Below, in pieces: positions 38,430 to 48,770 of a stretch of DNA of 64,000 nt. Position 1 is the stretch's first letter; each line of letters opens with the position of its first letter. The translations under genes and the position numbers were made by a program. This DNA comes from Deltaproteobacteria bacterium (lineage in GTDB: Bacteria; Desulfobacterota; Binatia; HRBIN30; JACQVA1). The stretch is from the NCBI GenBank assembly GCA_016178705.1, contig JACOST010000008.1, forward strand, positions 102,069-166,068, in the 5' to 3' direction. The notes under the pieces were generated by a model. That model saw only the letters and a program-made list of their open reading frames with translations. It ran no database searches and was not told the DNA's origin.

Positions 38430-38512
38430 GGAGTCCAAACCTCAAAGTCCAAGGTTCAAAGTCAACTCTTGGGCTTGGAACTTTGGACTTTAGACCTTGG
38501 ACTTTGGACTCA
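38430..38512. repeat. Heptamer array with inverted symmetry (AAAGTCC units then GGACTTT units); overlaps the last codons of rarA
   Basis: gagtccaaacctcaaagtccaaggttcaaagtcaactcttgggcttggaactttggactttagaccttggactttggactc. Confidence 0.75.
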
Positions 38513-39863
38513 TCTTTTCCCGCCAGCGCTCGAGGCGCTCTTTGATCGCGCGCTCTTCGCCAATGTCGGTGGGCTCGTAGTAGCGGCGGCCGGCGAGCCG
38601 GTCGGGCAGGTGTTGCTGCGCGACGACGTGTTCGTCGTAGTCGTGAGCATACTTGTAGTCGCGCCCGTAACCCAATCCCTTCATCAGCGGCGTCGGCGCG
38701 TTGCGCAAGTGCAGGGGAGTGGACAACGCGCCGTGTTCCTTGACGTCGGCGGCGGCCGCCAGCATCGCCTTGTACGAGGCATTCGATTTCGGTGCAGTGG
38801 CCAAGTACGTCACCGCTTGCGCGAGCGGGATACGACCTTCGGGCAAGCCGATAAAATGGAACGCGTCCTTCGCCGCCACCGCGATCTGCAACGCGCGCGG
38901 ATCGGCGTTGCCGACATCTTCGGCCGCAAAGATCACCATCCGGCGCGCGATGAAGAGCGGATCTTCACCGGCTTCGATCATCCGCATCATCCAATACACC
39001 GCCGCGTCGGGATCGCTGCCGCGCATGCTCTTGATGAACGCCGAGATGACGTTGTAGTGCTCTTCGCCCGCTTTGTCGTAGAGCAGCGCGCGGTGCTGCG
39101 AAGCTTCTTCGGCGTGCGTCAACGCGATCACCGGCGTGCCCGCTCGGCCGGCGAGATCGGCGGCCGCTTCGAGCACGTTGAGGGCGGAGCGCGCGTCGCC
39201 GTGCGCTTGCTCGGCGATAAACGTGCGGGCCGCCGCATCGAGGGTCAGACGGCGCTCGCCCAAGCCGCGCTCGTGATCGTGGAGAGCGCGATCAAGCAAG
39301 CCCGCGATTTCCTCGGCCGTCAGCGCCTGCAGCACAAGCACCGAGCAGCGCGACAGCAACGGCGCGATCACCTCGAACGAAGGATTCTCGGTGGTCGCCC
39401 CGATCAACACGATCGAGCCGTCTTCGACGTGGGGCAGAAACGCATCCTGCTGCGCCTTGTTGAAACGGTGGATCTCGTCGACGAACAGAATCGTGCGGCG
39501 CCCGTTGAGCCGTAGGGCCTCGTGCGCTTCTTCGATGACCTGACGCAATTCCTTCACTCCCGAGAGCACGGCGGAGAAGTGGGTGAAGTGGCACTGCGTC
39601 GAGTGCGCGATCAGCAGCGCGAGTGTGGTCTTGCCGGTGCCTGGAGGTCCCCACAGAATCAGCGCGTGCAGCCGTTGGCCGTCGATCATCTCGCGCAGCA
39701 AACGGCCGGGCGCGATCAGATGACTCTGACCGATCACTTCGTCGAGACTGCGCGGCCGGATGCGATCGGCGAGCGGGGCACCCTCCTGGCGCACGCGCTC
39801 GGCCTCGGCGGTGAACAAATCCGGCCCGCTGCCGCGCATGGGAGATCGCTTGGGCATGCGCAT
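38490..39863 (-). CDS. rarA: Replication-associated recombination protein A (AAA+ ATPase RarA/MgsA)
   Basis: Walker A GPPGTGKTT, Walker B ILFVDEIHRFNKAQQD, and a C-terminal MgsA helical domain. Confidence 0.85.
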   Translation of the reverse strand: MRMPKRSPMRGSGPDLFTAEAERVRQEGAPLADRIRPRSLDEVIGQSHLIAPGRLLREMIDGQRLHALILWGPPGTGKTTLALLIAHSTQCHFTHFSAVLSGVKELRQVIEEAHEALRLNGRRTILFVDEIHRFNKAQQDAFLPHVEDGSIVLIGATTENPSFEVIAPLLSRCSVLVLQALTAEEIAGLLDRALHDHERGLGERRLTLDAAARTFIAEQAHGDARSALNVLEAAADLAGRAGTPVIALTHAEEASQHRALLYDKAGEEHYNVISAFIKSMRGSDPDAAVYWMMRMIEAGEDPLFIARRMVIFAAEDVGNADPRALQIAVAAKDAFHFIGLPEGRIPLAQAVTYLATAPKSNASYKAMLAAAADVKEHGALSTPLHLRNAPTPLMKGLGYGRDYKYAHDYDEHVVAQQHLPDRLAGRRYYEPTDIGEERAIKERLERWREKMSPKSKV

Positions 39864-39920
39864 TCAATAGATGGTCTGCGTCGTGAGGTCCACTCGCGCA
39901 GATGTCGCGTTCCCCTGTAG

Positions 39921-39993
39921 GGGTGACGCATGCGTCGCCCGCGATCGAGGTGGTCGACCGCGGAGAAGACGGAGGGCGATGCATGCATCGCCC
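39921..39993. promoter_or_regulatory. Two related 20-bp palindromes (GGGTGACGCATGCGTCGCCC and GGGCGATGCATGCATCGCCC) in the divergent rarA / nadK-recN intergenic region
   Basis: Read directly from the sequence. The second is a perfect palindrome and the first has one imperfect pair. Spacing between them is about 33 bp. Confidence 0.4.
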
Positions 39994-40074
39994 CTACGTT
40001 TCAGAGACGGCCGCGTCTCCGTGGCAGCGGCACACGCGGTATGGTAGCGTTCGCGGCGTGACGGGATCCAACTG

Positions 40075-40932
40075 ATGCAGCGCATCGGGGTGGTGGTGAA
40101 ACGCGGGCGGGCCAAAGCGCTGGCCCTTGGTCGCGAGTTGGTCACGTGGCTGCGCCAACGCGATCTCGTCCCGCTGATCGATGCCGACAGCGCCACCGAA
40201 CTGCACGACGGCACGGGCGTCTCCAAGGCCGAAATGGCGGCGACCGCCGATCTCATCGTCGTCCTCGGCGGCGATGGGACACTGCTCAGCATCGCCCGCT
40301 GCCTGCGCGAGCGCGCGGTGCCGATCCTTGGTGTCAACCTCGGCGGCCTCGGTTTCCTCACCGCCGTCACCTCGGACGAATTGTTCCCTGTGCTCGCCGA
40401 AGTACTCGCCGGCAAGTACACGGTCGAGCAGCGCATGACACTGGCGGCTTCGCTGCGGCGCGGCGGTAGCGTCATCGGGACGTATCAAGCGCTCAACGAC
40501 GTGGTGATCACCAAGGCCGTGCTCGCCCGCATCATTGATCTCGAGACCAACGTCGATGGCCAACACGTGGCGACGTACAAGGCGGACGGCTTGATCGTCG
40601 CCACCCCCACCGGCTCGACTGCGTATGCGATGTCCGCCGGAGGCCCGATCGTCTACCCATCGCTCGGTGTCATGGTGCTGTGCCCGATTTGCCCCCACAC
40701 GCTCACCAACCGGCCGATGGTGTTGCCGGAAACCTCGGTGCTGCAAGTAACAGTACGCTCCGACGCGCAGCAGGACGTGGTCCTCACGCTCGACGGACAA
40801 GAGGGCTACCCGCTGCACAACGGCGACGTGGTCGAGATCCGCAAAGGCGCGAGCGTGGTGCCGCTGATCGACTCGCCCGACCGCCGCTACTTCGAAGTGC
40901 TGCGCCAGAAGCTGCGCTGGGGCGAGCGGTGA
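40075..40932 (+). CDS. nadK: NAD+ kinase
   Basis: GGDGTLL motif ([16 protein letters not shown]) and an NAD kinase C-terminal domain. Confidence 0.85.
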   Translation: MQRIGVVVKRGRAKALALGRELVTWLRQRDLVPLIDADSATELHDGTGVSKAEMAATADLIVVLGGDGTLLSIARCLRERAVPILGVNLGGLGFLTAVTSDELFPVLAEVLAGKYTVEQRMTLAASLRRGGSVIGTYQALNDVVITKAVLARIIDLETNVDGQHVATYKADGLIVATPTGSTAYAMSAGGPIVYPSLGVMVLCPICPHTLTNRPMVLPETSVLQVTVRSDAQQDVVLTLDGQEGYPLHNGDVVEIRKGASVVPLIDSPDRRYFEVLRQKLRWGER

Positions 40933-40946
40933 GGCGCATGCGCCGG

Positions 40947-41078
40947 CAGATGGCTGATCGCCGATGGCTGATCGCAGAGCGAGCGTTCCGACTGGTTTTG
41001 CGGTTCTCCCTCCCACCATCAGCCATCAGCCATGTGCCATCAGCCACTCCCGCCATCAGCCACACGCCATAAGCCACC
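40947..41078. repeat. Heptamer array with inverted symmetry (GATGGCT units then CATCAGC units) between nadK and recN
   Basis: cagatggctgatcgccgatggctgatcgc...accatcagccatcagccatgtgccatcagccactcccgccatcagccacacgccataagccacc. Confidence 0.75.
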
Positions 41079-41084
41079 GCGGCC

Positions 41085-42803
41085 ATGCTCCGTTCTCTTC
41101 GCATCGCGAACTTCGCCATCATCGACGAGCTGGCGCTGGAGTTTGCGCCCGGCCTCAACGTCCTGACCGGCGAGACCGGTGCCGGCAAGAGTATCATCAT
41201 GCAGGCGCTCGGGTTGCTCTGCGGAGCGCGCGGATCGGCCGACCTCATCCGCACGGGCGCCGACGAAGCGGCGATCGACGCGGTGCTCGATTTGTCTGCC
41301 GATGCCCGTACGGCCGCAACGGAGTTGGGCCTCGACGGCGACGACGAACTGAGCTTGCGGCGCATGATCGCGCGCGCCGGCAAAGGGCGGCTGCACCTCA
41401 ACGGCAGTCCGTCGACGCTGGCGGTGCTGACGCAACTCGGGTTGCGGCTGCTGCACATCTACGGTCAGCATGAGTATGCGCTGCTGTTGCACCCGGATAC
41501 GCATCTCGACTTGCTCGATGACCTTGGCCGGCTTACGGCGCCTCGGCACGAGTTCACCACGGCGTATCGTGCCCTGGTGGCTGCGCACCACAATCTGACG
41601 GCGCTCACACAGGGCGGGCAAGCGGCGCGCGCGCACGCTGAGCTGCTGCGTTTTCAAATCACCGAACTCGAAGCCGCGGCACCGGAGCCGGACGAAGAAT
41701 CTCACCTTCAACAGGAACGCGAAGTGCTGCGCCACGCCGAGCAATTGGCGCAAGCGTGTGACGGCGGCGAGGCGGCACTGTACTCGGGCGACGATGCGGC
41801 GGCGCCGGTTGTCGCCCGCATCCGCACGCAATTGCGCGACCTCGCCCGCATCGACCCGCGCCTCAGCGAGATCGCCGCGTTGCTCGACGCTGCGCATACG
41901 CAACTCGACGAGGCGGCGCTGCAGTTGCGACAATACGCCAATCGCATTCATCACGATCCAGACAGATTGGCGGCGGCCGACGAGCGGCTCGCGCTGCTGC
42001 GCCAGTTGGCGCGCAAGCACAACTGCCGCGGCGACGAATTGGCCGCGCAGCTCGAGACGCTACGCGCCGAATTGGATCGCGTCACCGGTGCCGGGCTCGA
42101 TCTCGAATCGGCACAGCAGGCGGTGACCGTCGCCGCCCGCGCGGCCTGGCGAAGCGCCGCCGCCCTCTCTGCGGTGCGGCGCCTCGCCGGGTGCGAACTC
42201 GAGCGGCGCATGCACGCCGAGCTACCGACTCTGGGGATGGAAGGGGCAACCTTCACCGTGCAGTTTGCCAGCGAGATGAACGCCAGCGAGCCGTCGGCGA
42301 GTGATCCGTTCGTCCTTGGCGAGGCGCGGCTGAGCGAACGCGGCGGCGATCGCGTCGAGTTTCATCTCAGCGCCAACCGCGGTGAGGCGCCGCGCCCGCT
42401 CGCCAAGGTCGCCTCGGGCGGTGAGCTGTCGCGCATCATGCTGGCGCTCAAGGTCCTCACCGCCGGTGCCGGCGAAGTCGACACGCTGATCTTCGACGAA
42501 GTCGACACGGGGATCGGGGGCACCGTGGCCGACGCCGTTGGGCGCCGGCTCAAGGCGCTCGCATGCGAGCGGCAGATCCTGTGCATCACGCATCTGCCGC
42601 AGATTGCGGTCCACGCGGATCACCACTTCGCAGTCGAGAAGCGCGTGCGCAAGGGCCGCACGGTGACCAGCGCAAAGGCGCTGAGTCCCGACGAGCGCGT
42701 TGTTGAGTTGTCGCGCATGTTGGGCGGTGCCGTCACCAGCCGCGAGGCGGAACGCTACGCGCGCCGCCTGATCTCCGAGGCGCACAAGGGGTCTCCAGCC
42801 TGA
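41085..42803 (+). CDS. recN: DNA repair protein RecN
   Basis: MLRSLRIANFAIIDELALEFAPGLNVLTGETGAGKSIIMQAL..., SMC-like coiled-coil, and a C-terminal signature ...LSGGELSRIMLAL...IFDEVDTGIGG. Confidence 0.85.
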   Translation: MLRSLRIANFAIIDELALEFAPGLNVLTGETGAGKSIIMQALGLLCGARGSADLIRTGADEAAIDAVLDLSADARTAATELGLDGDDELSLRRMIARAGKGRLHLNGSPSTLAVLTQLGLRLLHIYGQHEYALLLHPDTHLDLLDDLGRLTAPRHEFTTAYRALVAAHHNLTALTQGGQAARAHAELLRFQITELEAAAPEPDEESHLQQEREVLRHAEQLAQACDGGEAALYSGDDAAAPVVARIRTQLRDLARIDPRLSEIAALLDAAHTQLDEAALQLRQYANRIHHDPDRLAAADERLALLRQLARKHNCRGDELAAQLETLRAELDRVTGAGLDLESAQQAVTVAARAAWRSAAALSAVRRLAGCELERRMHAELPTLGMEGATFTVQFASEMNASEPSASDPFVLGEARLSERGGDRVEFHLSANRGEAPRPLAKVASGGELSRIMLALKVLTAGAGEVDTLIFDEVDTGIGGTVADAVGRRLKALACERQILCITHLPQIAVHADHHFAVEKRVRKGRTVTSAKALSPDERVVELSRMLGGAVTSREAERYARRLISEAHKGSPA

Positions 42804-42829
42804 CCCTCGCCGTTAATCGCAGAACAAGC

Positions 42830-42859
42830 TTGACATGTTTGCGAGGGTCGGCGTAGCAT
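42830..42859 (+). promoter_or_regulatory. Sigma-70-like promoter candidate (TTGACA-18 nt-TAGCAT) upstream of the OmpA-family gene
   Basis: Hexamers read directly from the sequence. No experimental support. Confidence 0.3.
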
Positions 42860-42939
42860 CCGCGCGCTTTTTGAGTTTGGGACGGGCCAGCATGCGGAGA
42901 CGCCAGGGGGGAAACCTGGCCCCGTTGAAGGAGGAGGCG

Positions 42940-44205
42940 ATGAAGGGTGTAGCTCGCACGGTGATACTGGCAGGACTCGGGGTTCTCGGGTGGTCAATCG
43001 CCGCCCGCGCGTCGGACGCGTCAGCGGTACAGGTGACCGATGAAGACCGCACATCGCGGAACTTCACGCGCGATAGCGCCACCGTCGGCGACGGAAAAAT
43101 CCGGCTCGAAGTTCGCGCCATGGCGTTGAACGACGAAGGCGACACCCGGCTCAATCTGCTGGGATTCCCGGCGCGCGAGGAAGTCTCCCGCGAGAACGGC
43201 GGCATCTTCGACGTGATCGGCTCCTACGGCCTCGGTAAATCCACCGAGCTGGGCTTCTCGGTGCCGACGTTCATCGAGAAGCAGCGCGTGGGAGACTCGA
43301 CGACGCAGAACAAGGATGTCGGTGATGTGCTGCTGTATGGGAAGTTCAAACACGACGTGGCGACGCACTGCAGCATCGCCGGCGGTGTTGAACTCACGAT
43401 CCCGACCGGTATCGAGCGCAAGAGCTTCGGCACCGGAAATTATGCCACCAATCCTTTCGTGTCGACCCGCTACGCGAACGGCCGCTTCTCGATCGGCGCG
43501 CATGCCGGCTACCAGATCTACGCCGGTGACACTCCTGACGTATACAACTACAGCGCAGACATCATTCTGCGCGCAAGCCATGAGTATGCGTTGCGGGTCG
43601 AGATGTCGGGCCGGATGTTCCAGCAATCCGGGTTGAAGTACAACGACCTTGTGGTCATGCCCGGCATCGACTACTTCCTGACGCCTGATTTCGTCATTCG
43701 ACCAACCGGCCTCGCTGGCATAACGACCGAAGCGCTCGATTGGGGCATCGGCTTGGGCCTCGTGTATACCTTCCAGGCACCGAGCTTCAGTCTGCCACAG
43801 GCGCCGCCACCAGCAGTCGCGCAGGCAGCGGAGCCGCCGCCCGCTCCGGCGCCGGTAATGAAAAAGAAGATCGTGCTGCGCGGCGTCAACTTCGATTTCA
43901 GTAAGTCCAACATCCGTCCGGACGCGGTACCGATCTTGGATCAAGCCATCAGCACGCTCAAGGAGTCGAGCGGCATCACGATCTCCGTCGAAGGACACAC
44001 CGACGACATCGGTTCCGACGAGTACAACCAAGCGCTCTCGCTGCGGCGCGCCGAAGCGGTGCGCGACTACCTGGCATCGCACGGCATCGCCGCCTCGCGC
44101 ATGACCGTACAGGGCTTCGGCGAATCGAGCCCGGTGGCCACCAACGATACGGATGAAGGCCGGGCACAAAACCGCCGGGTCGAGTTGCGCGTAACTCAAG
44201 AATAG
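42940..44205 (+). CDS. OmpA-family outer-membrane protein (beta-barrel + C-terminal OmpA domain)
   Basis: RBS GGAGGAGG + ATG. Signal peptide MKGVARTVILAGLGVLGWSIAARA. C-terminal OmpA domain ...SVEGHTDDIGSDEYNQALSLRRAEAV...RRVELRV. Confidence 0.7.
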   Translation: MKGVARTVILAGLGVLGWSIAARASDASAVQVTDEDRTSRNFTRDSATVGDGKIRLEVRAMALNDEGDTRLNLLGFPAREEVSRENGGIFDVIGSYGLGKSTELGFSVPTFIEKQRVGDSTTQNKDVGDVLLYGKFKHDVATHCSIAGGVELTIPTGIERKSFGTGNYATNPFVSTRYANGRFSIGAHAGYQIYAGDTPDVYNYSADIILRASHEYALRVEMSGRMFQQSGLKYNDLVVMPGIDYFLTPDFVIRPTGLAGITTEALDWGIGLGLVYTFQAPSFSLPQAPPPAVAQAAEPPPAPAPVMKKKIVLRGVNFDFSKSNIRPDAVPILDQAISTLKESSGITISVEGHTDDIGSDEYNQALSLRRAEAVRDYLASHGIAASRMTVQGFGESSPVATNDTDEGRAQNRRVELRVTQE

Positions 44206-44252
44206 TCGATTCGGCCGGTGACGAGTCCGCGCGACTCGTCACCGGCCACGAT

Positions 44253-44990
44253 TCATCTTTCGTACGTCACCGCCATCAGACACAATCCCTGCGCCGGAGC
44301 GGTCGGGCCCGCTTGGCGCCGATCCCGCTGCCCCAGCAGGTCGCGAAACTGCGCGACACTGCGCGTGCCGTCGCCGACCTCGATCAGGGTTCCGATCAGG
44401 TTGCGGACCATGTGCCGCACGAACGCGGTGGCCTCAACGGTGTAAACGAGCTGCTCGGGCTCGACGCTGAAGTCGCTCCGCAGCACGCGCCGGATCGCGT
44501 GGTCCGCGTCGCAATCCGCGGCTTGGAACGAGGTGAAGTCGTGCTCGCCGATCAACGCCGCCGCGGCCGTGCGCAGCGCATCGACATCCAACGGTGCGCA
44601 CACATGCCAGCTGTAACGGTGCCAAAACGGGGAGCGCCAGCGCGGCCGCCAGAGACGATAGCAGTACGTGCGACTGGAGGCGTGGCGCCGCGGATCGAAG
44701 TCGTCTGCGACCACCTCGACCGCGGCAATCGCGATACCGTCCGGCGTGAGCGCATTGAGCGCGCGCTGCAGGTCGGCGACCGGCATCGCCTTGAGGGCGC
44801 GAAAGCACGCGACTTGTCCCAGTGCATGGACGCCGGCATCCGTGCGACCGGCCGCAGTCACGCGCGCGGGCGCACCGAACAGCCGTTGCACGGCCGACTC
44901 CAACGCCCCTTGAACCGTCGGCCCCTGCGGTTGCAGCTGCCAACCGAGAAAGTCGGTTCCGTCGTACTGGACGATGAGCTTGTAGTGCAT
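44253..44990 (-). CDS. truA: tRNA pseudouridine(38-40) synthase TruA
   Basis: MHYKLIVQYDGTDFLGWQLQP...AAGRTDAGVHALGQV (catalytic Asp in RTDAGVHA). Confidence 0.8.
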   Translation of the reverse strand: MHYKLIVQYDGTDFLGWQLQPQGPTVQGALESAVQRLFGAPARVTAAGRTDAGVHALGQVACFRALKAMPVADLQRALNALTPDGIAIAAVEVVADDFDPRRHASSRTYCYRLWRPRWRSPFWHRYSWHVCAPLDVDALRTAAAALIGEHDFTSFQAADCDADHAIRRVLRSDFSVEPEQLVYTVEATAFVRHMVRNLIGTLIEVGDGTRSVAQFRDLLGQRDRRQAGPTAPAQGLCLMAVTYER

Positions 44991-45040
44991 TGCTTGGTCC
45001 AGGGTTCGAGTTGGATACCCCTTGAACCCTCGAACCCTTC

Positions 45041-46066
45041 CTACAAGTACTCGCGAATCAGAATCTCGGCGATCGCCACGGCGTTGAGCGCGGCACCCTT
45101 GCGCAGGTTGTCGCCGACGATCCACAGATTGAGCCCATTGTCGACCGACTCGTCATCGCGGATGCGGCCGACGCACGTCGCCTCGCCGCCAATCGTTGTC
45201 ATCGGCGTCGGATACTCGTTGGCGCCTGCGTCGTCTTGCACCAACACCCCAGGCGCACTGCGCAGCACTTCGCGCGCGGCGGCGGCGCTCAGTGGTTCGG
45301 TGGTCTCGACGTTCACCGACTGGCTCAGCCCATAGAAAAGCGGCACTCGCACGCTCGTGGCCGTCATCGCCAGCGCCGGGTCGTCGAGCACGCGCCGCGT
45401 TTGCGCCATCAGATTCTGTTCAGCGCGCGTGTAGCCACCGTCGAGAAACTCGCCGACCTGCGGGAAGACGTTGAAGGCGACACGGTGCGGGAACAGCGCG
45501 CTGACTACGTCCTGTCCGTTGAGCAACGCGACCGTCTGTTGGCTAAGCGCGTCGAGCCCGGCGCGGCCAGCATCCGACACCGGCTGGTAGCTCGACACTA
45601 CGACGCGTTTCAACCCGGCGGCATCGCGCAACGGCTTGAGCACCGCGGCCAGTTGCACCACCGCGGCGTCCGGACTGGCGATGATTCGGCGGCCGGAGTA
45701 CTCGGCAACAACCGCCGCATTGACTTCGGAAACCACCAGCGGCACCGCAACGTCCTCAGCGTACAATCGACTCAAGTCGATGACGACGGCGTCGGCGGCA
45801 GTCGCGCGCCCGGCCCATTCGGCGGTAATTTGTTCCGGCGTCGCGAAAAACACGATGTCGACGCCGTGGAACTCCGCTCGCGCCAGCAGTTCCACGACAA
45901 CCCGCACACTGCCGGCGGACACATCATCGCCCGCCGTTCGTTCGGACGCGTAACAGGTCAGCTCGCCGAGCGGGAACTCGCGTTCTGCGAGCACGGTGAG
46001 GATCTCGGCCCCGACCAAGCCGGTCGCACCCACCACCGCAACGTTGTACGACGCGCGACTCATCAA
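45041..46066 (-). CDS. asd: Aspartate-semialdehyde dehydrogenase
   Basis: N-terminal NAD(P)-binding motif [11 protein letters not shown] with the Asd family core. Confidence 0.85.
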   Translation of the reverse strand: MMSRASYNVAVVGATGLVGAEILTVLAEREFPLGELTCYASERTAGDDVSAGSVRVVVELLARAEFHGVDIVFFATPEQITAEWAGRATAADAVVIDLSRLYAEDVAVPLVVSEVNAAVVAEYSGRRIIASPDAAVVQLAAVLKPLRDAAGLKRVVVSSYQPVSDAGRAGLDALSQQTVALLNGQDVVSALFPHRVAFNVFPQVGEFLDGGYTRAEQNLMAQTRRVLDDPALAMTATSVRVPLFYGLSQSVNVETTEPLSAAAAREVLRSAPGVLVQDDAGANEYPTPMTTIGGEATCVGRIRDDESVDNGLNLWIVGDNLRKGAALNAVAIAEILIREYL

Positions 46067-47176
46067 GGCGCCAGGTGCTCGCGCACGGCGGCGCCCATCG
46101 CGCTAGTGTTCACCGCGCGCCCGCCCGCCGCCATGATGTCGGGCGTGCGATAGCCGGCGTGCAGCACGCCGGCGACCGCGGTCTCGATCGCCGCGGCCGC
46201 CTGCGGCTGGGCGAGCGAGTAGCGCAGCATCATCGCCACCGAGAGAATCGCCGCCAACGGATTGGCCTTGCCCTGCCCGGCGATGTCGGGGGCGCTGCCA
46301 TGAATCGGTTCGTACAATCCGCGCGGTTGCCCGAGCTGATTGCGGGCTTCGCCGAGCGAAGCAGACGGCAACAGACCGAGCGAACCAGCCAGCATCGAAG
46401 CCTCGTCCGTGAGAATATCGCCGAAGAGATTTTCCGTGGCGATCACGTCGAAGTCGCGCGGGCGTTTGAGTAAGTGCATCGCCATCGCGTCGACAAGCAC
46501 GTCTTCGTAGGCAACGTCGGGATACTCTTTGGCCACCTCGTGCGCCACTTCGCGCCACAGCCGTGACGACGACATCACGTTGGCTTTGTCGACCGAGGTC
46601 ACCTTCTTGCGCCGGGTGCGCGCGAGTTCAAACGCGCTGCGCATCAGCCGCGCGATCTCGCCCTCGGTATAGATCAGGGTATCGATCGCTTCGCGCCCGT
46701 TCGACGTCTGGCGTCGCTCGCTCGGCTTTCCGAAGTAGATGCCACCGGTCAGTTCGCGTACGACAACGAGATCGACGCCGCGCAGAAGGTCGGTTTTCAG
46801 CGGCGCCGCTTCGAGCAACTCCGGGAACACGGTGACCGGGCGCAGATTCGCGAACACCCCGAGTTCCTTGCGCAGGCCGAGCAACCCTTGCTCGGGACGG
46901 ACGGTCGCGTTGGGGTTGTCCCACTTCGGACCGCCAACGGCGCCGAGCAGCACGGCATCACTCGCCGTGGCCAGCGCGCGCGTCACTTCCGGCAGCGCGA
47001 TGCCGTGCGCGTCGATGGCGCAACCGCCGAACATCGCTTCGGCACAGGCCACTGAGAAATTGAACCGCTGCGCACAGTCCTGCAGGACCGCGACGGCTTC
47101 AGTGATCACTTCCGGCCCGATCCCGTCACCGGGCAATACACACACATTCGCGGTCACGAATCCTCCCGATGAAATG
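46063..47176 (-). CDS. leuB: 3-isopropylmalate dehydrogenase
   Basis: [14 protein letters not shown]-terminus and the isocitrate/isopropylmalate dehydrogenase core. GTG 47176 preceded by GGGAGG. Confidence 0.85.
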
Positions 47177-47222
47177 AGCTGGGGAGCGGGGGGGCGAACC
47201 CCGTCTCCCCAGCTCCTTCGAT

Positions 47223-48770
47223 TCACGGTCCACCGCTGCGTTGCTGCTGATAGTGCTGGCGCCGGTACTCCAATTTATTGAGCGCGTTGATGTAGGCGAG
47301 CGCGCTCGCCTGTACGATGTCGCTGTGCGCACCCTGGCCACTGGCGGTGACCCCGTCTTGATGAATCAGGCATGAGACTTCGCCGAGCGCGTCGGTACCG
47401 CCGGTGATCGCCTTCACCGCGTATCGATCAAGTTCCGGCTGCATGCCGGTGATCTGCGCGATCACCTTGTAGCAGGCGTCAACCACCCCATCGCCATCGC
47501 CCTCGCCTTCGCGCTGCTCGCCATCGACGCGCAGCCGCAACTTCGCGTGCGGCAGCGTGCCGCTCAGAGCCGTGACGTTGAGCTCGATCAATTCGAAGCG
47601 ATCCGGCACGCGCACGGTCTCTTCGGTCACGATCGCGACGAGGTCGTCGTCGTAAACGTTCTTCTTCAGGTCGGCGAGCACCTTGAAACGTTCGAACGCC
47701 TTGTTCATGTCGACTTCGTACAACTCGACGCCGAGTTGCTTGAGCCGCTCGGCGAACGCGTGGCGGCCGGAGTGTTTACCCAGCACCAACTTATTGCTGG
47801 AGATGCCGACGTCCTCAGGACGCATGATTTCGTACGTCTGCTTGTCCTTGAGAACGCCGTCCTGGTGAATACCGGCCTCGTGCGCGAAGGCGTTGTCGCC
47901 GACGATCGGTTTATTCGCCGGCACCGTCAGGCCGGTGACCTGGGCGAGCAAGCGGCTGGCCGGATAGATCTGTTCGGTGACGATGTTGGTGCGCACGGTA
48001 TGGAAGAAGTCCTTGCGCGTGGCCAGAGCCATCACCACTTCTTCGAGCGAGGTATTGCCGGCGCGCTCGCCAATGCCGTTGATCGTACACTCGATCTGCC
48101 GCGCGCCGTTGCGGACTGCGGCGAGCGAGTTGGCCACCGCCATGCCGAGGTCGTTGTGGCAGTGCGCGCTCCAGCACACCGTGTCGCCACCCGGCGTGTT
48201 GGCGATGAGGTACTTGAACAGTCCGCCAAATTCTTCGGGCACCGCGTAACCGGTGGTGTCGGGCACGTTGAGCGTCACCGCGCCGCAACGAATCACTTCG
48301 CCGAAGACCTTGACCAAGTAGTCGCGATCCGTGCGTGAGGCGTCTTCAGCCGAGAACTCGACGTAGTCGAGGTGTTTCTTCGCCATTTCGACGGCCCAAC
48401 ACGCCGCGTCGAGCACCTCTTGCTGGCTCATCATGAGTTTTCGCTTGAGATGCAGATCGGAGGTGGCGATGAAGATGTGTATGCCGGGCCGCTTCGCCTT
48501 CTCGACGCTCTTGATCGCTTGCCGGATGTCGGCTTCCTTCGGGCGCGCCAAGCTCAGCACGATCGGCCGCGCCACAGTCTCGGCGACGCGGGCGACCGAA
48601 TCGAAATCTCCCGGCGATGAAACGGCGAAGCCCGCCTCGATCACATCGACGCCGAGCTTTTCGAGCTGCCGTGCGATGACCACCTTCTCTTCGACGTTCA
48701 TCGTCGCCCCGGGCGACTGCTCGCCGTCGCGGAGCGTGGTGTCGAATATCTGCACTACTGCTGGTTCCAT
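47223..48770 (-). CDS. leuA: 2-isopropylmalate synthase
   Basis: [22 protein letters not shown]..., [37 protein letters not shown], plus a C-terminal LeuA-dimer regulatory domain. ATG at 48770. Confidence 0.85.
   Translation of the reverse strand: MEPAVVQIFDTTLRDGEQSPGATMNVEEKVVIARQLEKLGVDVIEAGFAVSSPGDFDSVARVAETVARPIVLSLARPKEADIRQAIKSVEKAKRPGIHIFIATSDLHLKRKLMMSQQEVLDAACWAVEMAKKHLDYVEFSAEDASRTDRDYLVKVFGEVIRCGAVTLNVPDTTGYAVPEEFGGLFKYLIANTPGGDTVCWSAHCHNDLGMAVANSLAAVRNGARQIECTINGIGERAGNTSLEEVVMALATRKDFFHTVRTNIVTEQIYPASRLLAQVTGLTVPANKPIVGDNAFAHEAGIHQDGVLKDKQTYEIMRPEDVGISSNKLVLGKHSGRHAFAERLKQLGVELYEVDMNKAFERFKVLADLKKNVYDDDLVAIVTEETVRVPDRFELIELNVTALSGTLPHAKLRLRVDGEQREGEGDGDGVVDACYKVIAQITGMQPELDRYAVKAITGGTDALGEVSCLIHQDGVTASGQGAHSDIVQASALAYINALNKLEYRRQHYQQQRSGGP

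Noticed and set aside
27240-38490. Integrase/recombinase genes expected in the islands
   Set aside because: No ORF in the accessory regions shows tyrosine or serine recombinase motifs (RHRY or catalytic Ser-Arg). Only the IS1 transposase was found.
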